Shown here: piece by piece, positions 13,516 to 28,134 of the stretch | How the letters are laid out: every line of letters starts with the position of its first letter | How positions within the stretch are numbered: position 1 is the first letter of the stretch | Origin: Azolla caroliniana | Lineage: Eukaryota > Plantae > Polypodiophyta | DNA length: 64,000 bases | Assembly (NCBI GenBank): GCA_043228905.1 | Contig: JBHGNT010000003.1 | Location: forward strand, 20,584,001-20,648,000 | Direction: 5' to 3' | Notes under the pieces: generated by a model | The model's database searches: none | Seen by the model: only the letters and a program-made list of their open reading frames with translations | What the model was told of the DNA's origin: nothing | Program-made: the position numbers and the translations under genes

Positions 13516-14344
13516 ATCAATGTGAATGTTTAAAAAAAAACCATACGCATGTACTCAAGAGCCCTTTCCATGTCCATAATCATGTACGCAACAACCCTTT
13601 TCATGTTCATGATCTCGTTGGGAAGTGATATTGTATCAAGTAGTTGCATGTATGACATTCGTATAGCCTCACAAAAATCCATGAATATAATCTTATATCC
13701 CTAATGATGGAAAATCATATGGGTTTTACTAAAGGAATACCTCAAATGGTAACGATCTTGATTGAATGAGATAGTCTTGCCATGGCATTCCTATTTCGTT
13801 ATTGGCAACTCGATTGGAGAGAAACATGTATGTCATAAAGCAAAGGAACTTAACAAAACACTTATGGATGCTTCGAACTCTTTCAAAGTGAACTTAAAAG
13901 ACACCACCGCCACTGTAAACAAACTTCACGAAAACCACATAGAGAAGCATTCAAGTTCATCAAAGCATCGAAGATATATTCCTCGAGAACCCAATATATG
14001 ATCCCTCCTCCATTGCAAGCACTTTCTAATGGACAATAACCTTGAGCCTACCCATGTCAATACATATATACAACATGGAAAAAACGAATCACGCAATGTA
14101 AGATCCATGTACGTCATGAACACGGGCTCCAATGCGTGTGTCAAGGTGAAAAAATAGGTTTTATACGACATGAAGATCTCAGGGCCTCTGAACCGAAGTG
14201 CCGCCATGCCCAAAAAGACAACCTCTGAACCAAAGGGGGTGTAGTCATCGCCACCCTCTATGGAGGAATAAAGTTGTCAAGAAAGTTTTGCAAGCCAAGA
14301 AAGAGGAGAGAAGAGAAAGAAGGCAAGCATCCTACTCTATTCCC

Positions 14345-14785
14345 CTATCCTCATACATAAAGACATACAAAAATACATACATATTGTTTCCTTCTTCTTC
14401 CTCCCTTTCAATATACATACATACAAAAATACATACCAAAAGACAAAAATACATGATACATATTGTTCCTTCTTTTTCCTCCTTTCCATATACATACATA
14501 CATACATATAGAAATACATACATACATACAAAAATGCATACATATTGTTCCTTCTTCATCCTCCTTTTCAATATATATACATACAAAAGTACATACAAAA
14601 TACAAAATACAAAAATACATACATACATACATACATGATACATATTGTTCCTTCTTTTTCCTCCTTTCCAATATACATACATACAAAAGTACATACATAC
14701 ATACATACATACGTACATACATACATACGCACATACGTACATACGTACATGCATGCATACATACATACATACATACATACATACA

Positions 14786-14816
<31 letters not shown>

Positions 14817-14830
14817 TGTTGCTTCTTTCT
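14345..14830. repeat. Compound (TACA)n microsatellite with higher-order ~60-100 bp units
   Basis: TACA arrays interleaved with recurring ATATTGTTCCTTCTTTTTCCTCCTTTCCA motifs. Confidence 0.9.
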
Positions 14831-14924
14831 CCTTCCTACTCTTTCCATTTTCTTGCTCAGCGACAGGGAGCGAGGTAGACAGACAGACACAGACAGACGC
14901 TCGCTCGCTCGCTCGTAGCTCGCC

Positions 14925-17040
14925 ATGGATCCTTCCGCCGATCCTGCACCCGAAAACGCCATTAACAGCAGCAGCAAGCATGACTGGGAGGTCCTCTCCA
15001 TGTCCATGTCTTCCTCTGCTTTCTCTGTTGTCACTCCTTCTTCCGACCCTCCTTCCATCGCCATCGCGAAAGACCAGATCGAAACCTCCCTGCTAGCCCC
15101 CAACCCTGACCCAACCGATCTTCACTTTGCTCCTGTTGTTGATGAAGGATCCTCAGGCTCCGTGCAAGTCACCGCTGCTCTGTTTAGCGATCTTTTCCAC
15201 CCGCCATCTTCCAGCGATGGTGTCTCTGACAAGATTCCCGAGCCTTTCACAGAAGGATGGAAACCTCATCTCTCCGTTTCTGCTACAGATTTCTCGTATG
15301 CTTCTGAGGAGCGTCGTGGTCACCGCCATCATCATCTTCATCATTCATATGCTGATGGAGACAGCTTGGAAGGCGAAGATGAATCACTTGATTCAAAGAA
15401 ACAGAACGTAAGGCCTTCCGTTCACGAGAGAGAATCATCGTTCATGGCTTCCAAAGCAGATGTTTTTTCTGCCACAGGAGGCGATGTGAAGGAGCTTGTG
15501 GTAAATGAATCCGAGGTGAAATTCGTGCAGAGGGCTGTGAAGAAGAAAACGAAGAAGAAAATTTATCAGAAGAATGGATGGTGGAATGAAGCTAAGGTAT
15601 CTAGAGCCGTTTGGCCTATGGCTATGGCTGCTGCAATAGTTGGAATTGTTGTGATAGGGCGTAGCTGGAGGCACGAAAGGTATCAGAATCATCAGCTCAG
15701 ACTTGATCTCTCTGCAAAGGAAGAGGTACTGTTCTCTCCCTCTCTCTGCCGCTTTCTTTCTGCACAATGAGATATCCATTATAAGTTTGAACCATGTTTG
15801 GAATTTTCCTACTTAGCCTTTTAGGCTAATCACAGTTTTCTGCATATTGATATCTACAAGCTGTTCATACGCACTGTTTGTGAAGTTTAGATTTGATCCT
15901 TATATATCTTCCACACTAAATTCACACCATCTGTTGAAAGTTCACTTACCTTTAAGCTGTCAGAGTTTCTTCAAGTCTCACTTGCATCTGGTCTCTCTGC
16001 AAAGATTGAGGTATGAGAAAATCTTGAGACTCACTCTCATAAAATTTCGTTGTTTTCAACCATGCTTGTTTCAGTTGAGATTTAATCTGTATACCAAATC
16101 ATAGCTTTCTTCTAAAACCGAGATTCTCTCGGTAAGTTTACTTTTTCTTAAATTACGTCAGAAGTTCTGATTTATTTGTCTTGCACTACAGTTTTTGGCT
16201 ACATTTTGTTCATACAAAATTTTCACCATGGTTGTCGTTTGGTACTGCCGAAAATGCCATTTATCTATTTGAAAATCACTATTTTTGGCTAGAAGTCGTC
16301 CATATTAAATTTACATTGTTGCAGACGTTTATTCAGCTGCATTTCATCATATTTTCTGTTATATGAGATGCCATGAATTCTCTATACTAAATACACACCA
16401 CGTCTGATTCCTGTTTAGTAGCTGTATAATATCACAGGTAAATAACAGCTTTTATTTAGTGATATTATATACATTTACATCATATCAAAAACTTGTTTGG
16501 CTGCATAATGAATATTGCACTAGATTTACAGCATGTCTAAAGTTCCAATATTCGTATGCAGATGATGAGATCCTCTATCGCGTCCATGCAAATTCTCACT
16601 GAAGTTCATGTAGTTGTTGTATGCAGATCAGAGCTTTGAAAATAATGAAATCCTCTAAATTGTCCATCCTTCATATGTGAAGTTCTGATATAGGTGTATG
16701 AAAATGCTCTAATGAGAAAGGCATATGATGGCCTTCCTAGATATTTTAAAATATGTTTGTCCCCAAGATTGAAGCCTTTAAGTTTAGGAAGAAATGTTGT
16801 GGAGCATGTACCACAACTGCACTTTCACCACATCACGTGCCTGAAGTTTCAAGGTGTTCTGTATTCTGCAAAAAGCATTACTTTACCCTGACTATTTAAT
16901 CTAATGTTTTGATGAATATGGTTTCTGTGGTTGTTTGCTATGTTGTGCAGAAACTTAATGACTTAATATACCAGGTCAGCCGACTAAAAGATGTTTTAGG
17001 TGGGCATCATAAGGTAGCTGTCATAGGAGCCTCTACTTGA
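14925..17040 (+). CDS. ATI1: ATG8-interacting protein 1/2-like (two exons: 14925-15725, 16951-17040; ~296 aa)
   Basis: N-terminal AIM-like DWEVLS. C-terminal WW..AVWPMAMAAAIVGIVVIGRSWRHER transmembrane segment. A phase-0 GT-AG intron joins to KLNDLIYQVSRLKDVLGGHH*, matching the recalled ATI1/2 C-terminal pattern. Confidence 0.82.
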
Positions 17041-18532
17041 TGATTCATCTGCTGGGAGATCAATTTTACTGCCGTCAGTTGAAGAGAGCCATGTTTGACC
17101 TATATGAAACCAAGTACATTTCGTCAATTTTCACACTGAATGAAAAAAATGCTACACAATGATTTCCAACAGCTTTTTTAGGTCCATGTTGATAATGTAC
17201 ATATGCATAAAATTTTCTCCCTTTGTCTTTTTTGCATCTCAGTAAATTTACAAGTATCTGGACTCCTTTTTGAGGTGCCTAGATGGTTATAGTTTCAATG
17301 GTCTAAAAGAAAACAAAAAAAAGACTGTAAGTTGACCTGATTGCATAGGTGGGCAAATAATAAACCATACTGTATCACAAGTTCAATGGAATTACCAGAT
17401 TTGCATCTTACAGAAAAGAAGAAGCTTTTACTTAAGAAATGCAGAGATTTACTTTTTATAATTATAAAGTCATTGTGTTTGTGAACATTTAATGGTATAG
17501 TTTGACAACAATCGGATCATGGTCAGGTTGTGATGGAGATGATTCGAATACAAAGCCATTGTTTTTGTGAACATTTAATGGTATAGTTTGTCAACAATTG
17601 GATCATGGTTGGTTGTGATGAAGATGTCTAGGATACATAATTTTGGAATCTGAGCTGTGAACATGTCTCTTTTATGTATGTCTAGAGATAATATTCCGAC
17701 ACGTGATGTTTGCAAACCAAAAGAACAGTTGAACATGATTGGTGCATGGTTTAATCCTTGCTCGTGTTTGTGTTTTTGGTATTGGTAGTATAATTTAGCT
17801 TTAATCAACGAGGAAGAGGATTTGTATTTGCTCGTCTAACTTCATTGCTTACCTTGGTTCATGCTAGGAACATCTCTCTAATAAGTTTCTTGAAGTCAAA
17901 ATACAAACATCCTACATTATCCAACTTCTTAAGATCAGATCGCTTCCCATTTAGATCATGGGAATGGTCAGTTTATGTTAAGTTTCAGAGAACTCTCGCA
18001 TCTTGATTTTCTAGAATTGTGTGAATCAAGCAAGTTCCAAAGCTCAAAAGACAATCAAAAGTGGAAATTTGGATGGATGCTAAGTGTGAATATTTAGAGA
18101 TGATGTGCACCACACTTGCTGCTCCATAATGTTGTGATAAATTCCTTAACTGGTGAGGTTTTGTTGCAGAGCCAATGTATCATGGCGTGGGGATGATTTG
18201 AGCACTTATGCTTCACACATTGTATCATATATGTTATACCAAAATGTAAAACCGTCTATGAATGCACAAACCTTATTCATCCGTACATGCTAGTATCATC
18301 CCCTTGGGTATTATTTGCAATGTTTTCCATGTGATTTAGTGCATGTTCTCTTTGAAGTGAAGGACAATGTTGAGGCATGTTCAAGGAGTCACATCAGTTG
18401 TGCATGTTTTACTTGGGCAAGGTCAATGAGTCTGAATGTCACATTTGAGTTTGCAATCCATCACATTTGAGTTTGCGTTGGCCACAATAAAAACCTCAAC
18501 TTGTGCATACATTTCTCTTATAGTGAAAATGT

Positions 18533-18591
<59 letters not shown>
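18533..18591. repeat. (CA)n microsatellite
   Basis: Pure CA run. Confidence 0.95.
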
Positions 18592-18592
<1 letters not shown>

Positions 18593-19506
18593 TTGTCTTT
18601 TGTATTAAACATGCCATATAAATTCCACCTTCGTTATCAAATACATAAGGTAAATGTTTAAATAATGTTCTATGGCTAATTCTCATTTATCATGCAATCA
18701 TCTCTCTTGGACTCTAGGTTTAAGCTACCATGCTCTCGCATTGATAGATTAGGACATTGACTGTAGGAGTTGAACTTAGCCACGAGTTTACGTTGGTAGC
18801 CTGGTTACATGGATGGGAGGTGAGTCAAATGGCATCCTTTATTATGCATATGTACAAATGTATTGTTGTCATGTTTTGCATTCACGTTGTGGACCATGGA
18901 GGGGTGCACAAATACATGTGGGCACATAACATATCGTATATTTAACCACTTGCAAATAGTCTACAAATATATTTGGAAAATGAGTGAATTTCCTTAACTC
19001 ATATTGTGAGACCAAGCATTGGGGATCCAATGAGGAGATTCATTGACTGTGCATGTTTTACACCCCAACCACATATTCCTAACACACTACTTATTCCTTC
19101 TCTCTCAATCACAATCTATATGGAACATTCCTTTGAACATCTCCCTCCCCCCCTCTCTCTCATCACGATCAAATACAACATTACACCAACGAGTCATGTA
19201 TCGAATCGTGGGACAATACGGCACTATGCTAAAGAGTCACTTATCAAATCCTGGGACAATACGACACCGCGATAGGAGAGTCACATATCAATTCCTCGGA
19301 CAATACTACGATACAACGCTATAGAGACACGTATAAATTCCTCTGACAATTCAGCACCATGCCACTCATAGTTCCTCTTCTCACATTTTTTACCTTCTAG
19401 GGAGGCACATATGTATTCTCATATTATTTTCTGACTTCTTCTTCTTCTTCTTCTTCTTCTGTTTCTGTGTGTCTGCTTGCGGGATCTCGACACGGGCAGT
19501 GCAACG

Positions 19507-21272
19507 ATGGCGATGGCGGAAATGTACACCTTAGAGCAGGTTTCAACACACAGTACCCCCCAAGATTGCTGGATCATCATCCAAAACAAGGTTAGCTTTC
19601 TAATGATCATGATCATCATCATCAAGAAGCCAAATGTCTACATGCTCAGTTCAGGATTCATATTTCCGTGTACATTTACAGCAGTTCTTTTTTATCTTGT
19701 CGATATATTATGGATAGTAACACAAGAAAATTTCGTGAAAGATTTTACCACTATAAGTCTTCTCATGATGAATGTTGAATTCTGTAAAGCGGAAGAAACA
19801 TGAGGGGAATAGAGGTCACTCTCTTTCTGAACCATTTTTAACGAGGGATAGGGGGAGCTAACTTTTTCTGTGTGTACTAAATCCTCATAACCCGAACAAT
19901 GGATCTAAAACTTTCGTATGCTGCGCTAAAACTCCCCAGTATTGAGGTTTATTAACTAGAATACATTTGTCTCAAAAGATGCATCTTTAATTAACACCTC
20001 GTCCATCCAAAAGTTGCCTATCATAAACTCTATTCATGGCGCAGAAAGTTGAAGCAGGAAGGGGGCGAATGAAAAAAGCATTTGATTTCAGTAAATTTAC
20101 GGAATTTCAAAAGTGAGTTTTGAATCGTCTCGTACCTTAATGCCAGAATATACCTCATATGAAAGAAGGAATGACGAACGCAATGAATTGAATGATGGTC
20201 AACCTTTTATGTGATTAGGAAATTCAATAACAATGATCCCAGAAATGTTTAGAAGAAGACATTGAAATAAGAAGAGTCATTTCTCTTTCGTATTTTTTGG
20301 GGGGACTATTTTTGTTTTCTTCTACCTCATAATTACTCCAGTTGTTTCTCTGTCATAGATTTCATATCTTATGCCTTGAATGATCTACTTTGCTGCTTCT
20401 TTTCCTGTTGTGTGGTAATTACGTCATGTATAGATAATTATGTATTAACAATAAAAAGTTGAACAATTGAAAGCAGACATCTGATTTGGATGATTGCAAT
20501 TCATCTTATGACACAGTTGATATTATTCTACATTTTGATAACACTATTCTATGAAACATCATCTGGAACTGATAATATATAAACATTTAACAAAGTTCTG
20601 GCTTTGGGTTTTCTATTAGATGATTGGATTTAAATGTGTGGTTTGATGAAATTGAACGGATTGTCATTACATTGAGAGTATTATTAACATTTTGAGTTCA
20701 AATTCTAGAAGCTTGATATATCATCAGGACGTCCAATGTTTGCTTAGTTGGCATCATTAAATTCTAATCGTCAATTACAAATGATTGATACTATTCATCA
20801 AACAGCCTCACCTTTGTTGACAAGTTCGTTTTTCTTTTCTGCTATATATTTTCTAGGTATACAATGTCACTAGCTACTTAGAAGAACATCCAGGAGGAGA
20901 CGAAGTAATTTTATCGGCTACAGGTCTGACATTCTGTTGCAATGTGTTAGACGTCATAAATTCACATGTTCTGGTGTGCTTATTGGTATTTTTTCTTTTC
21001 TTTTCTTTTCCAATAATTGTTTAGGTAAAGATGCTACTGATGATTTTGATGATGCTGGACATAGTAAAGAAGCAAGACAATTGTTAACTAAATACTACAT
21101 TGGAGATGTAGATTTTTCAACAGTCTCAAAGAGTGTGTCTTCTAAATCTAGCAAGTGGCTTGCATATATTCCTGATAACATCTTTATCATCAGAGTTCTC
21201 CAGTTGGCCGTGCCTGTTGGAATTTTGGGTTTGGCCATTGCTGTCCGACACTACAGAAAAGCTTCTTCATAA
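19507..21272 (+). CDS. CB5: Cytochrome b5 (three exons: 19507-19590, 20857-20923, 21025-21272)
   Basis: Spliced product ..HSTPQDCWIIIQNK|VYNVTSYLEEHPGGDEVILSATG|KDATDDFDDAGHS.. with both heme-ligand His residues (HPGG, GHS) and a C-terminal tail anchor. GT-AG introns. Confidence 0.95.
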
Positions 21273-23576
21273 TACAGTTTAGAGCAGCAAATTTATTCCA
21301 TGACTGAATGTAGATGGGAAATGATGTTGAATTTATTTTTGGACCTTACAAAGCCAATTCATCCCTGAAAACAATTTATAATTTCGAATCATTGTATTGA
21401 GGAGCAATGCAATTATTTGGGATTTAGAATTCATTCCTCAACAATTTTAAGCTCCTCAAAGCTAACCATTCCTTGTTATCATATTTCTTATTCTAATTGA
21501 GCTGGGATTATACGCCCATGTCAATGGACAGATACTGAATCTGAATGAATAATCAATAATAAAGTGTTCCTGCATCGAGGCAACTTGCAACCTTTGGTAT
21601 ATTACCTTTTGCTCAATCTTCTCCAAGACATTGCCCACATGCCTTCAAGATGCAAGTTACAAGCTTGCTATGCTTTGAATAATTATATATGGAAGGATTT
21701 TTTATATTTCATGGTTGAACAGTGTAAATGTGTACATCACAATTTAGTTTTAGGTTTATGCTCCATAACAATTTCGACTCCTACTTTGGGAAGGTATTCT
21801 AACACATTGTACAAATGGTGGATGATCAAGTGGATTATCATTAGGGATAGGTACAAGTATTCCTTGGTCGTATGAAATGGTGACAAGTTCTATTTCAGAA
21901 AAGGGAGAAGCAAAGATGACGTGACCAAATATGAGAAAGAAGATTCAATAACAAAAAGAATGGATTCTGATGTTGAGGGAAATATCTAATTGTACCAAAG
22001 AAAAATGAGGGGTCAAAGGATGCTCTTGATGAAGCAGACTTCGATTTAATGAAAACATTTATGGCTATAGCGAAGGAGAATCCTAGATAACATCTTTTGG
22101 CTGAAAAAAGTAGGCATAAACAAGATAACGAAGATAAAGATCTTGTCACTAGTTGATAGAGCAAAGAAGCAACACGATAGACAAAGGTAGGCTTCAAGAC
22201 CAGCAAGAAAAGATCAATTACTATGCTAAGAAAACTTGGAAGAATAGATTGGTTGAATGAAAAGAGATGACATAGACAAAAATAAAATGAGCAAGTGGAA
22301 AGCTTGAAGGTCCATCAAAAAGGCCTCCATGGTCAAACCAAGATCCAACCAACAAATATGTGAAGGGGTAATATCCTCATCAATAAAGGAAAGAGAGAAG
22401 TGCATATAATCATCTCACTAGGTGGACCTTCTAAAATATGAACAGAGGAGAAAGAAAAGAAAAACAAATCATCCACGAATACATTATGGCAATATCACCA
22501 TTGACTATGGAGTATAATACATTTCTCAAGAAATTGAACTCCCATAAACTATTAAATATAACACAATTCTCAAGAAAAGGAATTCCCATAAACTAGTAAG
22601 TATAACATAATTCTCACAAAAGGAACATTACTTGATTTGATGCATAGATCATTGTTGGAGACAAGCAAGATCATGCAACATGGAAAAAGATAATGACACT
22701 TATGGTTCAAGAAACATAGGAGGAGAAAATCAATCAATGGCCATGAGAGCTTAGTTGAAGAGCGAAATGAAGAACCCATCCCTAAATAACAAACCTTGGA
22801 GTGTGTAAACTCTTAGAGTGAGAGTTTTCTCATCTCAAAGAAGAAAAAAATTCTTTGTTGTACGTTTTAGCAATAAGCTAGATAAGGTTAAAGTAATTCT
22901 TCATGCTTTGGGTTGAGAATTGATGGAATATGCTTGTAGGCATTCTCCATAGAACTAGATGAAATCATAGAACTATAATAAGAATCAACAAATGGTACAC
23001 ATGACCAGAAGCCAATGAGATCTACAATCTAATGGTTAGCTTGAGGTAGGTTGTAATGGAGTAGTCCACCAATAGACCTTCCAAGTTTGCGAAGAAGGAT
23101 TTGATGGAATTACACTGTAAGGATAGGCATGTAGAGAAAAAGTTTAGTAAAAAGTTAGAAAGTGTAAATTTGCCCAATAGACGCTAATAGAGAAAAATAT
23201 TGCACTATTTTGAACAATAGTACACCGAAAGAAAGATCGCAAGGATTTAATGGAGATCATACATGAAATATGGAATAGAGAAGGCATGAAGAACATGGCC
23301 CTTGGTTGAATTTTGTCCAAGTATATTTGTTTGATGATCCAATCTAGAGGCAAATGTGGTGAGGGGCATCTATTGATTTTGGAACATTCAACAATATGGC
23401 AGAGAGAGTTAGAACTAAATGGAGAAATAGACAATTGATGTAAGCAACATAGCAACAAAAATGTGACCTGTGTCATACCAGGTCGAGATTGAAGTGAATT
23501 CCTCTAACAATCGTGAAGGCCCAACTGAGAAAAGGAAGGGAAAGTGTTGTGTGGTGGTGCTTGCCGAGGTGATTAG

Positions 23577-23939
23577 TGTTAATGGCATGACCATAAATTA
23601 CCCCATGGTGAGTTATACCATAGTATATTCTACACACGAGGATAAAGTGTGAGGGTTAATCAAGAGGATTACTTTTAATCCTCGAAGATGAGACAACCCA
23701 TAAGAGCCAAGTGTGAACTTGCATGGGGACCTTAGGTCTGGCTATAAATATGAGGCCTAGCTACCCTCATGAGGATTTCATTTGACTACGTGAGATTGTG
23801 ATTGAGTGGTGATCAAATTCTCATGATCCCTTTGCTCGGGGGTGCTCGCATGGATTGGCACCCTTCTTTCTCTCTCTTTTCTGATCTATCTATATTATAT
23901 TTCTTGATTTCATGCTTACATTAGGATTTAGCTCTAACA
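23577..23939 (+). mobile_element. Solo LTR
   Basis: TGTTA..TAACA termini, perfect 5-bp TSD ATTAG (23572-23576 / 23940-23944), internal TATA (CTATAAATA ~23742) followed by a CT-rich region. Confidence 0.85.
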
Positions 23940-25844
23940 ATTAGGTAGCATAATATTTGACAAATAGATAGCGATGCAATAGAAGAGAAAGTAAATAAAA
24001 GTAGTACGTGTTGATATGAAGGATAACATGGTGTAAATGGAGGAAGCCTACAAGAATCTCTATTATAGAAGTTATACAAACATGTACAAGGCATGGTTAG
24101 CTATCATAAAACTTACAACATCATACCTTTCTCATAAAATGTTCCGCTATCAAGCTCATTGCTTCCAAATTAATCGCACAAATTTGGACTAAATTTTGTT
24201 TGTTTATTTATTTACATTCATTTGAGCTTCATTTTTTATTTTATTAAAATGTATGAAACAACCCACTGACTGCTGAATGGTCGCACAAGCAAATTTATGT
24301 GAAAAAACATTGACCTCGAAGAAGTCAAACAAGAAAATACATTAAACATATTTTCAATGTTCATGGTGTATGTATAACGAAGATTGAACAATGATTTCCA
24401 AGCATGACACCTTTAATAAAAGGAAGATATATGGTATTGCATTGAGAAAATTTACTATAGAAAAGATAAGAGAAATGATCATTTTGATGGAAATAAGTAA
24501 GAAAAGTCCTCTAATTTTATTACTAAATATTATTGCAATGTAGGATTGATGTGCTTTCTGCACCCAATATCCAAGTGTGATCAAGGAAGCATCGCCTATT
24601 AAGCGTAACCCGAGATTTAATTTAGAAAATGGAAGGCTTCTTCCTAGGGCACTACGTTGGATTCTTAATTGTAGGAAACATTTTTTCGTGTGAGTTTTTC
24701 ATATTGCAAGTGCAAATAAGTACCCATTGGTTCAAATGATGTCGTAAGTCACTCGGGACTCGTAACTCCCTCTAATTGTATGGTGGCATCAATCCTCACA
24801 CCCCCAACTACAACCACACCATTGTTGTGAAAACCATAATTGTATCCATGCACATTACTTTGCTAAACTTCTGCATCATGTTCCCTTAGGTTCCCTTTTA
24901 AATCCTTGTCTTAGATGACATGATGGTCCATTCTCGAGAGGGGGACGTGTGTTCATTTCGTAGGTGCCATAAATTTCCCTCTGCTTTCAATACCTAGACA
25001 CGCTCCCCATTATGTCAACGAAGGATCACCCTTGGGGTTTAGTTCGGGGGTTAGATGTGCTCCTGGCAAATTATGGGAGTCACACATGAACAAACTCGAG
25101 TTTATTCACAGCATGGCCACAACGGGAGAGGCACATGGACAGATTTTTTCGAATCTCGTCGGTGATAGGATGGATTCTTAGAAGAATTGCCCATTTGTAA
25201 CAATAGGGTAGGGTAGGTTAGGGTAGGTCGGGGGTGTAAGGGACTCGGTGTCAATACAATAATAATGGTCGGGAACCAGACGGACGGGAGGACAATTACG
25301 AGTTCCATAATAATCGTATGCAGTGTGAAAGGGGGGCGGGGTGGGCACAGGATAGATAGCTCCCCCCCCCCCCCCCCCCCCGGAGAGAGAGAGAGAGAGA
25401 GAGAGATAGAGAGAGATGGATGGATGATTTAGTCAGTCAAAAGTCATTGAATGTGAATTGACTGAGTGAATGGAATGAATGAAGTTGAAGGGGGGGCACT
25501 GGGCAGGCAGGTTGGTCAGAGGGGGATGGGAGCGGTCAAAAAGCTTGACCTTTGAAGCATGAACCGCCGTTTCGAAGCCCTTTTTATTTATTTCTTTTTA
25601 TTAATATTTAAGTCACAAGAGTTGGCGGGAGGCGGCGGGTAGTGGACCTAAAAAAATAAAAGAAAAACAGAAGAAAAAAACCCAAACAAAATAAAGAGAG
25701 AGAGAGAGAGAGAGAATGGTGGTGGAGTTTTTGGGCGGCGGCGTTTTTTGTACATATGTTGTTATTTGGCGATGGGCTGACCGTACGCCAACCGCCCCCG
25801 GCGGCGGCGGCGGCCATTTCTACTGTTTTTGTCCCCCCCATCCC

Positions 25845-25980
25845 ATTTATATTTCAAATTTACCACATATATAATACATATGCAAAAAAACTAAATTTAT
25901 ATTTCAAATTTACCACATATATAATACATATGCAAAAAAACTACATTTATATTTCCAATTTACCACATATAATATGCAAA
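25845..25980. repeat. ~50-bp AT-rich tandem repeat (~3 copies) upstream of the ERF gene
   Basis: ATTTATATTTCAAATTTACCACATATATAATACATATGCAAAAAAACT repeated. Confidence 0.8.
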
Positions 25981-26629
25981 AATCTGCATTTCTACAAATA
26001 TTTCTAAACCAGAAAATCGAAAGAAAAAACATTAAATAATTAGTAGTATGTATATTATAGAAATATAAATAAATTAAGAAAGCAAATACAAAAAAAGAAA
26101 GAAAGCTTTCTTTCATCTCAGAAAGGAGCCAAACAAAACTCAGTAATTTCTTATATATAATATATTTATTTATTTAATTTTTGTTTGTTTCATATTTGAT
26201 GTTTGAATGCCGCCACCCTTCTTCTTTGTTCTTTCTTCTGCAGAGAAACAAACTGTCTTGTCCGGTCCCTGTCTCCTTCTCCGCCATAGCTAAAGCTTTG
26301 CTAGGTCGGTCGCAGACAGAGAAACAGATCTAAATATAACTACTTCTTCTTCTTCTGCTTCTCTCTCATTCACATCATCTTCCAAAAGCTTTTGCGTCGC
26401 TCTTACATGAATGACATACATTCATTTACTCCCTCTGCAGAATCTGTCAGAAGAAATCGCTGATCTGAGGCCCACCTCACTCTCTTCCCCCCCCCCCCCC
26501 TTTCCCTCACTTTAAACCTTAGAATTCTTCCCGTCTTTCTTCTGCATCATCCCCTTCCGATTCCCTTGACCTAGTACTGCACGATCCGCGCGATCCCGCG
26601 CCTTGTCCCTTCTTTCCTGTCAAATCGCC

Positions 26630-28051
26630 ATGGCTGAAGCTGCTTCTGTCCCCCAAGATTCTTCATTCACAGACGTCCATATCGCTACTGTTACTGCGAC
26701 TGCGACTGCGACTTCTGCCATCGCTACTCCCTCTTTCGCAAGCCCCCCCCACGATGGAGACAAGGCCCAGCGCTACAGAGGCGTGAGGAAGAGACCTTGG
26801 GGTCGATTCGCTGCAGAGATCCGAGATCCATGGAAGAAGAGCCGTGTTTGGCTGGGGACCTACGATACTGCAGAGGAGGCGGCACTCGCCTACGATAATG
26901 CTGCTCGATCCTTGAGAGGTAGCAAGGCCAAGACCAACTTCCCTGAACCTTCTTCTTCTTCTTCTCCTTCTCCTTCTCCTCCTTCTCCTCCTTCTCCTCC
27001 TTCTCCTCCTCCTCATCCCTCTCGTCTTCAGCTTGCTTCTGTCGAAGAAGCTTTAATGGCCTGTCAGACCATGAATCGTGAACCATCAAGCAGTCACACG
27101 AGCTCTAACAGTCGCGTAGATCAGCCAACGCCATGGAACGCGACCTCCCTGCACTATCTCCATGACCTTCTTCGGGCTGCCTCTGCTGTAACTGCTCCCA
27201 TTCCTGTAAAAGACCAAGCATGGGAACCGTCTGCTATCAGTCATGACAAGAACGCTTCTTCCTTCTCTCAATGGCCGGCGATGGCGATTCCTTTGACTAG
27301 AAGAGTCCTTCGGGAGGACTCTACTGTCTTCCGGTCTTCTGCTGAGATCTGTACCGCCATTCCTCATACAGCTGCTTCCACTGCGTGGAGGAGAAATCTA
27401 TTACCTTCTTCCTTGAATGGAGCAGGAGCTAATCATCCTCAGCAACAGCAGAACCAGAGATTTGTTCATAATTACAATCCCGGTGGCCTGTTGACTGCCC
27501 TAGTCCAGCAGTGCGTTGGACAGCACGAGGCTCCTCGGCCGTCTTTTGCTTCAGATGGTCAGAAACGGCCTCAGTGTATCAGAGATGGTGTCTTATGTGG
27601 GACAGATCGCAGTGATACTGAGCATGCAAGTGCTGTCGAGAACTTCAAATTAGGGTTGGGTCTTTCAACTGGTTGGAGGTCGACGAAGGAACCTGATTCT
27701 AGGGATATGGCGAAGATGAAAAGAATGGATAATAGCTGCTGTGTTCAGATGTTTCAACATGAGCCATCTAGGCCCTCAGGGATGGAGATGGAGATGACTA
27801 ATGAGGAGGAGAAGGGATGGAAATTCAGTGTGCTCAATCTGGAAGAGGAAATAGTTGTTGATGAAGAAAAATCAGAAGCAGCAGATGATTCTAATTCAAA
27901 CAGTGATAATGGAACCTCATCCTCATCCTCATCCTCATCATCATCCTCACAGACTTCAGTTGTGCTAAACATGGCGGAAGAAGCTTCTCCTGCAGTAATC
28001 GAGACCCGAAGTTTGTTTCTTGACCTGAATTGCCTTCCATGTAGTGATTGA
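26630..28051 (+). CDS. ERF: AP2/ERF transcription factor with C-terminal EAR motif (class II repressor-like), intronless
   Basis: [55 protein letters not shown]2 domain; C-terminal LDLNCLP (DLNxxP); ATG in GCCATGG context at 26630. Confidence 0.93.
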   Translation: MAEAASVPQDSSFTDVHIATVTATATATSAIATPSFASPPHDGDKAQRYRGVRKRPWGRFAAEIRDPWKKSRVWLGTYDTAEEAALAYDNAARSLRGSKAKTNFPEPSSSSSPSPSPPSPPSPPSPPPHPSRLQLASVEEALMACQTMNREPSSSHTSSNSRVDQPTPWNATSLHYLHDLLRAASAVTAPIPVKDQAWEPSAISHDKNASSFSQWPAMAIPLTRRVLREDSTVFRSSAEICTAIPHTAASTAWRRNLLPSSLNGAGANHPQQQQNQRFVHNYNPGGLLTALVQQCVGQHEAPRPSFASDGQKRPQCIRDGVLCGTDRSDTEHASAVENFKLGLGLSTGWRSTKEPDSRDMAKMKRMDNSCCVQMFQHEPSRPSGMEMEMTNEEEKGWKFSVLNLEEEIVVDEEKSEAADDSNSNSDNGTSSSSSSSSSSSQTSVVLNMAEEASPAVIETRSLFLDLNCLPCSD

Positions 28052-28134
28052 TTTTCGCTTAATCTCCTGTGGGCTTTGAGCAGCTCACTCACAGATGTAA
28101 ACACAAGAATGTTTCTACTGCCCACTCGAGCATG

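Noticed and set aside
14198-15103. Several 130-230 aa ORFs rich in YVCM/HTYI
   Set aside because: Translations of the (TACA)n microsatellite.
15726-15770. ORF-track C-terminus VLFSPSLCRFLSAQ of the ATI-like gene
   Set aside because: Read-through into an intron; the GT at 15726 and the exon at 16951 give a family-like C-terminus.
21500-23570. Possible decayed retroelement coding region
   Set aside because: A-rich and coding-like, but no recognisable motif or boundaries by eye.
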